A stretch of 64,000 nucleotides of DNA, taken from NCBI GenBank assembly GCA_973851085.1, contig OZ316775.1, forward strand, positions 22,134,001-22,198,000. Direction: 5' to 3'. This document shows, piece by piece, positions 54,321-64,000 of this stretch (positions within the stretch are counted from its first letter, which is position 1; each line of letters starts with the position of its first letter). Source of the stretch: Ptychomitrium polyphyllum (Eukaryota). Both the position numbers and the translations under genes were made by a program. The notes beneath the pieces were generated by a model, which saw only the letters and a list, made by a program, of their open reading frames with translations, was not told the DNA's origin and ran no database searches.

Positions 54321-57300
54321 ATAACTAAATCTTTAATTTATACTACAACCTATAAAGTATAACCTTTCAATAATTTATGATTTTTCTAGACTTGTTTAAA
54401 AAGAATTTGTAATATTCTTCAATGCCATTTAAACATTTGTTTCCTCATTTTTCATATTTTTGGTAGTTTTGTAACTATTTTATAGACAACCAAAATACAG
54501 TTTATTTCGTTCTTCTGTTGTGCATTATTCTTATTCATTTTCATCAATTTCCAAAATTGTGTATTAGTGATGAAATTATCAAGCAAATTTAAAGACTTAT
54601 AAAAACATTGAACTCATGGTTCTTCACAACTTGTTGCAGCCATATTCCATGCAGTTTAATTTCATTAATTCCATGTAGTTATTTGAAATATTGTAACTAT
54701 TTATTCCTGAGATACAATTATAAGTATCAAAATGATCTTCTTGAATTTGACTTCAAATATTAATGTATAAGTTATTAAAACTAGTGCCTATCTTATTTCT
54801 GAATTTTCAAAAAAATTATAAAATAATTGAGAACATTTGCACACTTATGAGTTAGTCTACAAATTATAAAATATACATAAATACAAAAAGAAAATACGAC
54901 AAATTTTCAAAGCATAGTAATAGTTGCAAAAAGAAATAGAGATTAGATGCAATCAGCATGTATACTTTGTAGATTTAAGTTGTACTTTTGCAATGCAACT
55001 TAGACCTTTTTTAATTGTGAATTTTTATTCTTAAATGAAAGTTTTTAATTATAAGAATTTTAATTTTTTGCCATTAACATGAAATTAAATACTTTAACTC
55101 CTTTAGAATGTTTGTGGAAGATTTGATTTTCAATAACTAATCATTATATTTTCTAAAAATCACAAGGTGCACCACCTTTGTAAAAAGTGCTTTGTTTAAT
55201 GTGTTATAGACTTGCCTTTGGATCTTATAAAAACCTTTTAATGTTAGAGAATATAATTAATTTATATCCAAGTACTTCACTGCTCATGGCTTACATTTTT
55301 ACATATTCAAAATGAATGCAAGTTCATTTCCAACTTTTTAACATCTTGTGAATATTATGGATTTTAATGATTTGAAGAACACCATGTCTTAATTCGATGC
55401 TCTACAAGATTTGAAAATGGAAGAAAAATTGCCTACTTAAATAAGATATATATTTAGATTTAGATGTTAAATAAATATTAGTAGTGTTCTTACTTTAAAA
55501 TATGTAAAATTCATAATGGGCATGGATTTAGTCATGAATAAGAATAAATTGTACAATTTTTTATTTTTTAAGTACATCCAAAAATCTTCAATAGAATAAG
55601 AAAAACTTATGACAAAAAACTAGTTGCTGTATACAAAATATTCTATTGACAATTTTTTTGAAATTCATTAGCTATATATTTAGTTATAAATGAAATTTAT
55701 AAAGATGAATTGATTTCAGTTAGATATTTGATTGCATTCTCAATTAAGAATTATTCATAAAAAAATCCATAATTTCATTATATTTTATTCATATAGTAGC
55801 AATTGTATTAAATTTCTAGTTGAACTTTCATTTATGAAATTAATTAAATTCCAATCACATATGTATTTATGAATATACTTTTGGTAAAAATAATACTACA
55901 AAAAATATATTTGAATTCATTTAATTTTTTTATCAATATAGTATGTTTCATTGATAACATACATTTAATTCTAAAACATTTATAATTTGTTGTCTGAATT
56001 ATGAACCAATTCTTTATGTGTTATTCTCCTTCCAATTGATTTTTCAATCCATCCAATATTTTTATATCCTTAATTTTCTTGCTAGCTATATTATAGATTG
56101 ATGTACTCAAAAGCGTAGCCTAAGTGTTTATTTATTTGTAAGAATCAATAAAGGTGAGAAATACAACTAAATACAACTCTATTAAATACAACTAATAATA
56201 AATTGATGCCTAGTTACACTACTTGGTTGAATTATACTATTTTGTCAAAATATGCATGTTGCAATAAATTGTTTGTATTTTACCAACCTGAATTTGCAAA
56301 TTTATGGCCAATAATTTTTATTTTTATTAATTAAACAAAAAATTCCAAAAGATTCACAAAATAGTAAAACATAATTTATTTTAATTTATTTATTTAATAT
56401 GATCAAGTTTGAATGATTACGCAGTTTTTTGCTTTGACTTCCAAAAATGAATTCATTTCACGATTTAGTTTTGTATAAAAAACTCCATTAATATAATTGC
56501 GTATTTATGAATATAAATTTTCTATCAAATCAAGTATTAAAAGATGAATAAGTGAGAATGAAAAAGATGAAAATGGTCCACTTAAAAGATATAAATGGAT
56601 CACCTTATGCTACATCTTGTATTTTCACTTCAACATTTACTAATGAGTGTATATGAAAAATTCTATAAACTGCATTCTGTCTTAACATATCAATTATGTC
56701 TTTACAAACCAAAATCAACACTTAAATCAACAATGAAGGTTGCACAATATAAATCACAAGACTTATAAAATCTAAAATAAAATACAATTCATAATTGGAA
56801 CCATTTGAATTTATAAACCTATAAACCTAGACATCTATAAATTTAATCATGTGAGCATTGTATTCTATATTGTGCAACTCTAATCGTTGATTCAAATATT
56901 GATTAGAATTTGTAAGAATACTTTTAATCAATTACACTAGAATGTATTCTATAAATTTGTCAATTTGCTTAGCAAAATTTAGCACTTGGAACAGAAGTGA
57001 AGTATTATTTCTATATGTATGTTTCATTTAGCAATGGCTAGCACATATTTTAAAATGCATTTTTAAGAATTTTTTTGGAATGGAATGCATGGTGTAACGT
57101 CATTCACCTAAAAGATATTATGTAATGCTAAATTTGATTAAAAATTAGGATTCACAAAAATACAACTACACTCTTGATTGTAGTTAGCATGATTCTCCTT
57201 TTTATATTTATGCAAGACTTTAGCATGCTATTCAAAATGAGTTGTTTTACCTTGAATATTTATATTGCCAGTGTTTCATGTTGTAGAACCTCTACACATG

Positions 57301-58295
57301 CTCAAGGTAAATCGTTTTAATTCATAGTAGTGTGTTAGAGAGCCTTGGATAAGTAGAAAGGAAACATACAGTAATCCGAAAAACATACAGAAAGGTGTTT
57401 TACATTTTATCAAATGATGACATGAACTCTTTTCTGAAGGTCAAAGCAGAAACACAAGCTGGGATCGTCGAAGGACAATCCTGATAGCTATAAGATTTCA
57501 AAGCATGAATCAAGGGCTAAAATAGTGCATTGGTACGCAAGCAGTATGATGACGTGGGCCGTAACTGAGCAGGTTACTCGTAATAGAGCAAACATAAAGC
57601 CCAAGATTACAGTACCCTGCTCACAGTATGATGCTGTTTGCTGTTTGCCTTGATCCATCAAAGTGCCCAATCAGATACTCCGGTCACCCAGAGGAGGCAA
57701 GTGCAGGAGATCTGAGGCTCGCAACACTGTATTCCATCCGAGTGCTCGCTGTCGACAAGTATTTCCTAAATTCCGGTAGCATCTGGCTGTACCCTGATGC
57801 TCGGTTATGGCTGCCAGCACTAGAAACCTAAGACCTGCACCGAATTCTAATCTGTGACTGTCACCTCTAAGAAAGCAGCAAATGGCTTGAATTCACTCTG
57901 CGACCTTTCAAATGACTGTGTAACTGCATAGTATGATTTTCCAGAAGAAAAGCATCCTCACAGAATCCACTTGTGTAGAACTGAATCCATTGTCTTTGTG
58001 TTTCAGGATGAGACTTAGAACCTGACTTCATATATTCCCATATTTGAGCCAGTGGGCCCTTTTACATGGTCTATCCAACAACATGAAATGACCACTTTTA
58101 ACTGTCATCTTTGTAAACTGTAGATTCTTTAGATTTGCACGTGAGGATGTTTTTAGTTTCTAAATTTGTATAATCATAGGTCTTGACGATTTCAAGAAAA
58201 TAGTAAATTGGTTCAGTGGTGATTACGAACGGTGGTGATTTTGAATGTTGTTGATAACAAAACCTTTGTCATGAATAATATATAGTTTTGATTGG

Positions 58296-58324
58296 TATAC
58301 ATATATATACATATACATATACAT

Positions 58325-58359
<35 letters not shown>

Positions 58360-58370
58360 TATATATACAT

Positions 58371-58459
<89 letters not shown>
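58296..58459. repeat. Compound microsatellite, (TACATA)n followed by (TA)n
   Basis: Directly visible; it explains the spurious YI/HI/YT ORFs here. Confidence 0.97.
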
Positions 58460-58465
<6 letters not shown>

Positions 58466-60128
58466 TTTTTTTTAAATTTTAATTTTTACTTTTTTCCAAA
58501 ATGTTTCATATTCCAAATATATTCTAAAGTATTAAACTTTCTTATGTCCTAAATATTTTGTTTTTGAATTTCTGAAGTTTTGATTTTGTTTACTTACTTC
58601 TAGATGTTACACTTGCAAAATGTGATGTTTCATTTTGTGAAGGATTGCATTGCAACGTTGAATACGTCTGTATTATCTGTGGTTTCTTATTAGATGAATA
58701 TTTCTATGTATTGAATTTGGAAGTTTGATAGCTTCAACTCAAAATAACTGGATACCTACAAATAGAAATAATTGTATTGTATTTATGAGATGCTAATGAA
58801 CGCTGCAACTAGGAGTTTAACAATTATTTCAATATGAAATGTACAATGGATATTTGACATCCTTTAAAATGTTTAATTTTATATGACTGTTGTATTCTCC
58901 AATTTTAATTACCTCTAAAACTCGATTCAGGCATATTTGTAATTTTGATGGAAGTAAATTTTATATAGTATCCCAATGTTTAGCAAGGTGCATGATTCTA
59001 CTATACATTTGGAATTGTATACAGAGATTCTACATATTCATGCATACACCATTACTGTAACAAATGATATTGTTTGACTTAGAATTTATGTTTTTCAAAA
59101 TATATTTTTATGTTGGTGGATTTTTTGATTGGTTTGTGCAAATGAATCAAATTTTCTTTTTGTGCCTTTTTTTTTCCCAAAATGCACAAAGTTGATTTAA
59201 CTATTGTGAAATTGATGAATAACCCCAAGTCGAATTATTTTCTTGCAATTTAACGTATATTCTAAAATATTGCATCGTACCTAAAACTCCTTGCCTACCT
59301 TTAAAAACTTATCTTTGTCAAAAAGTATAAAATCATTTTTTAAATAATTGCCAGTGCTGATGGTTTCCATTTATTTTGAAACATCATATTGTACTAAAAT
59401 AAAAGTAATACAATATAAGTGTACACTCAGTGTAGAGACACTAGGAATAATAACAAGTAACAATCACAAATGAGAACGAGTCTGACAAAATGGAACCCCG
59501 ACTGATGATACAGATATTACATAAGGTTGACATGAGAGTGCATTTGTAAGAAAAAAATATCTGATATAACAGTAGGTGCAAAATTCCCACTCCGCAGATA
59601 ACTCTACAGTGTATATCGAAGTGGACGAATGGATGTAAAGGACAATCTCTTTATTTTACTTTTTCCATTCTAATTCCAACGTGTGTTTGTACTTTCCCAA
59701 ATGTAAAATTAGCTACTGGTCTGCGAGTCAAGCATAAAAGATTGAAGAGTAAAAATGCTGGTTGTCCATAGTAATGAGGATTGCAAATAGCCAAGGAAAA
59801 CTAACATTGGAATTGTTCTGCACTCATGTTAGACTGTGGACCTTGCATAAGGGGCCGAAAACTCCTGCATCTTTCTGAATGTGCACTGCGTTTTACAGTG
59901 GCAACAGAATTCTGGTCTGGTTGGGCTGCCCCAGTTGCTGATCATTTTTGGGTGGTGTGACAATCTCTCACAGCTGTGATCCATCACAATCTTCGATCAA
60001 TCCCAACAACCAGGTTCTCAGCTTGCGTCTCTTGGAAGCATTCGCATGTTAAACCTGGTCGCAGAGCTTCACACTTGTAAATAGTTCTGCCTGCTAAACT
60101 GGTAGTCTCCTGAAGCTGTCCACTTTAT

Positions 60129-60317
60129 TACATTATATACATTATATACATTATATACATTACATACATTATATACATTATATACATTATATACATTACA
60201 TACATTATATACATTATATACATTACATACATTATATACATTATATACATTACATACATTATATACATTATATACATTACATACATTATATACATTATAT
60301 ACATTACATACATTATA
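60129..60317. repeat. 9-bp minisatellite (TACATTATA / TACATTACA), ~21 units, with a 27-bp higher-order period
   Basis: Directly visible; translates on the minus strand as (NVCNVYNVY)n. Confidence 0.95.
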
Positions 60318-63300
60318 GCTGCAAAGCATTCTTCCATTACGTTCTTGATGACCCTCCTCAACGATAATTTTATCAACCGTACTGTAGCCAATTTGCCACG
60401 CTGAAATCATTGTGGCTGATTTTAGGAATGATTTATTGATTTTGTGAAAGACCAGAAAGCCAAATTTTTGTGCAAAACTGAGATGTGCAATCAAATTGTT
60501 ACATAGGTACGACCTAAGTAGTCTCATGATATTTGCCAAATGTTACCTAGATGTCACATGAATCATAACAAAAGTATAGTTACATTCCAAAAATGAAATA
60601 CATAGATTAAAAACAAAACGATTCAACGTTTTTAACCATTTGTTTTCAAAGATTTTTTTCGCATTATCCAAAGGTACATTTTTATTAGAGCTATTGAGAA
60701 AATTGATTTGAAGACTAAAGTTTTGTGAGCTCATGGCAAAATTCTTCTTAAAGAAGAACAAATAACAAAAACTAATCTATGCAAGTTGTGAAACAATCTA
60801 AAATAAGGCCTTGTCATTATTTCCATAACTATCTATAAACTTCAGACCTTTTATTAAAGCTCCAAATCTATGGTTCATAGTTGTAAATGTACACTTCATC
60901 TACAATAAGGCATTGCAACATCCAAATATACACCAAAAAAGATGTTAGAAGTTGAATGAAATGAACTGCTAAATTTTCTTTTTTTTAAAGTAATTTAAAT
61001 GTTAAAACTTAATTCAACCTAAGATTGAATGAAATTGAGTGCCAATTCATCAAAACAAATTCATGCTTTTGTACCTTCACTATCATTTATAGTTGATTTT
61101 GTATTTTAAAAGATAAGAGTTAATTGCTTCAACTTCTAAAGAATATTATGTCATAAGTTCAAACAATTCATCTTCACCTTGGAATGGAAATCAATAGTAA
61201 ATTATCCAAGTCAATGCATGTGTTAATGAATGCATGAAAAAACGTATTAACATGATAATAAAACCACATATTCTTTATCTTTAATTGAATAGTTTATAAA
61301 TGATATTATTATCTATTGAAAGATGAAATTATGTCTTTGGAATAAAATGTTTGAAAAGGCATTTGAAGAACATTGCATGGGTTGTGGTTGCTTTACAAGT
61401 ATAAACATATTTTTAAAATATGATTTTGTCTTTATAAAAATGATTGCTGAATAACATGTTATTAAATAATGTTAAATGCAAAGCATATTAACAAAAGGCA
61501 CAAAGCTTTATTGTTATATAAAATTTTAATCCTTAAAAATCTTATTCTTTTATAAAGATGGTATAACTTTGCTTCTATGATTATTTTGAACATTAAATGA
61601 TTGAAAACATATCTAAACCAAAAACTCTTGAATAAAGACATAAATTGATTAAAAGTCTTAAAATGTTTAGATAGTTACATATGAAAAAATTTGCAAAAAA
61701 AAATGTTAATCTAGATCATTAAAATCATGTAAATTTTTACTAATCAACATGATTTAAAAATTTTGTAAAAAATTCACATTTAAATAATGAATTAAATTAT
61801 GTGATATAAACAAAAATGTTGGTACATATTTGATAAGTGCATATACTTTGCAATATAATTGAAACTATGAAATTTTGATTTTATCAGTATAATAAAACGC
61901 TTAATAGTTTTTATGATTAAAAGATAGAATTAAAAATAGTCTTGTCGGATTCATTGTAATGGATGAAATTATAATCGATCAATCAACTATTTATTATTTA
62001 GCTTCATAATTTTTTTAAAGTTTTAAAGAATAATTATTTTATTCTTCTTTCTTCCAACATCATATTGCACTTCACTTGTTTGTTTGTTCCTTTATTTGGG
62101 AGTACCTACCAATGGCCTATATATGAGGATTATAAATTAAAATTCATGCATAGATATACGTAGATGACTTTTTAATTTGGTGGCTATCTTTGTATTTTAA
62201 AATTGCTTTACTTATATGTCTTTTAATTGCAAACATTTTGGTGGACAACTCATTAAAACATTGTCTTGTTTAATAGTTAGCTCTTGTATTATTAAAATGC
62301 ATATATCACTAAAAGTGCAAGTATAAAACTATATAAAATTTTGACCAAGTTATGTTTTCATTATTTTGTTTTAAAAATAGCTTTGTAAAAATGAACGACA
62401 TAATGTATTTAATTATATGGGCAAAATTTGAAATTGAAAATCTACAATTTTCACTAAAAACATCCTTTTAAGTTTGATTTTATAATAGATTCATATAAAT
62501 GTTTGAAATCAAATTCATTCTAAAACTAAACCTCGTACAAATGACAATGGACCACTATAACAACAAAGGATCTAAGTTTCTATACTTGACTTTGCTTTGG
62601 AATCTATTCAATGCTTAGATGACCCCTTCATATTCAACATGAAGAATACATACAATAGATTTGTATTTCTTCAAGAGATTTAATTAATTTGTTCCTATTT
62701 TATTTTAAAAAAGAATTCTAAAATTTAATGCAATCAATACAATCTTGTTTTTTCTTGCATTTACATCAATATTACTTTCATTTTCATCTAAAGTATGAAT
62801 ACGTGATCTATATTAGGATTATATATTGTAACTTTATGCACTGCAAATATAATTTCAAGTAAATATAAACTTTTTAAAATAAAACCAAAACTACTAAATA
62901 GATGGAAAAACTGAGTTCAAATTGATAGAATGAGGCTTTATTATTATTAACTTCATTTCAATAGAATTAGGCTTCAAATTTTGGACATTGTTATTATGAA
63001 TTAATTTTTTTTAGTACTTTGCTTACATCTAAAAGGCCTGGACATGAATCATCCTGTATGCATTTTTGGCACTATGATAAATGGGCCTCTTAAGTGTCTT
63101 TATCGAAATCAAAGCATAGGATTAATTAATATATTAACAATGATTGCATGTGCTTCATAAACACATCTTATTTACTAATAAAGAGTATTGCATGAATTTT
63201 GGAATAATTTCATGGAATTTGTAAACCATTCTTAAGAAAAATCCACAAGCACAAGACCTTGTAGCCTATGGGCTAGGAAGCTACAAGGCTAGCTTTGTGA

Positions 63301-64000
63301 TAGTTGTTTATAATTTCTGAAAAATAATGAAGTTATTGTTTTGTAAATAGTTAAAACTAAATATGATAAACAAAAGCTTTTGTAGCACTTTGAATCCAAA
63401 TGGCCTTACACAATTTTGTGCTAGATCACTTGGCTCAAATATTTCCAACATTTAGCAAAGTTTAGCACTTTAAAAGAAGAGCTTGATTATTGTTCGAACC
63501 CTGTTGATCATGGTGAGAATGTTACGTCTAATAACTGTACGACTTCTTGCACAGAAGGCTTGTGGGTAAGTTCAAAAGGTCCTCCCAGAGGCCATGTCAC
63601 AAAGCTATGAGGAAGTCAACCATTCTCCTCTCAGACACACATGATCATGAGATGATTCTCCCAATGCTTCCCTGAATTTGTGGACTCTGCAATAGTGAAT
63701 AATGGTCTTCAAATTCACTTTCGAATTCAAATCCAAACAAATCTAGCACCCACTTTTGTGACTTCTTCTGAAAGACAGCTATATGATCTATTTAGTGCAA
63801 TTATAAAAACAACATTCTTGACGTAGATGAACCTGCACCATCATGAACCCTACTAGAATAGAGCTTCATTCGTCTCCCATTGCTAAATGTGGACACGGTA
63901 TGTCACCAAGATATCTTATTGTACTAGTGCAGGGTCAAGCTGTCTTTCAAAAACTTAAGAATGCAAACTGAAACAAATATTTCATTCTGAAGCATAACTA

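Noticed and set aside
58288..60539. ORFs made of YI/HI/YT and NVY/YIM repeats; possible CRISPR-like array
   Set aside because: These are translations of simple tandem repeats. There are no unique spacers and the context is eukaryotic.
50000..64000. AT-rich tract with small GC-richer islands (~52000-53350, 57400-58050, 63480-64000) as possible genes, MIRNA loci or viral insertions
   Set aside because: I recognised no protein motif, tRNA/rRNA or conserved plant miRNA sequence by eye. This is probably old transposon decay; BLASTX and RepeatMasker would be needed.

Overview
This is eukaryotic nuclear DNA, almost certainly from a moss. The evidence is intron-rich genes, moss-type LHCSR genes and AT-rich, TE-decayed spacers. 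From left to right it holds: a head-to-head pair of LHCSR (stress-related light-harvesting, NPQ) genes, the left one cut by the window edge; two independent solo LTRs of one family, each with its own 5-bp target-site duplication (TSD); a frameshifted NLR-type LRR remnant; an 8-exon katanin p60 gene (-) head-to-head with a 9-exon ~1,006-aa gene (+); an ADPRM-type metallophosphoesterase (-) head-to-head with a 15-exon SCYL2-like pseudokinase (+); a decayed LRR receptor-kinase pseudogene; a bacterial-type ribosomal protein L33 gene; a Q/P-rich gene ending in DVDTELHL; and about 15 kb of AT-rich sequence with micro- and minisatellites. The main finding is that the ~1,006-aa protein matches the C-terminal domain of vertebrate FANCA (Fanconi anaemia core complex) in many collinear motifs but lacks the N-terminal half. 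FANCA is generally described as absent from Arabidopsis. That comparison uses the human sequence as I recall it and needs HMM or structure confirmation. The second finding is a perfect 34-bp inverted copy of katanin exon 2 in intron 1, which could pair across the 3' splice site. Exon boundaries were read by eye.
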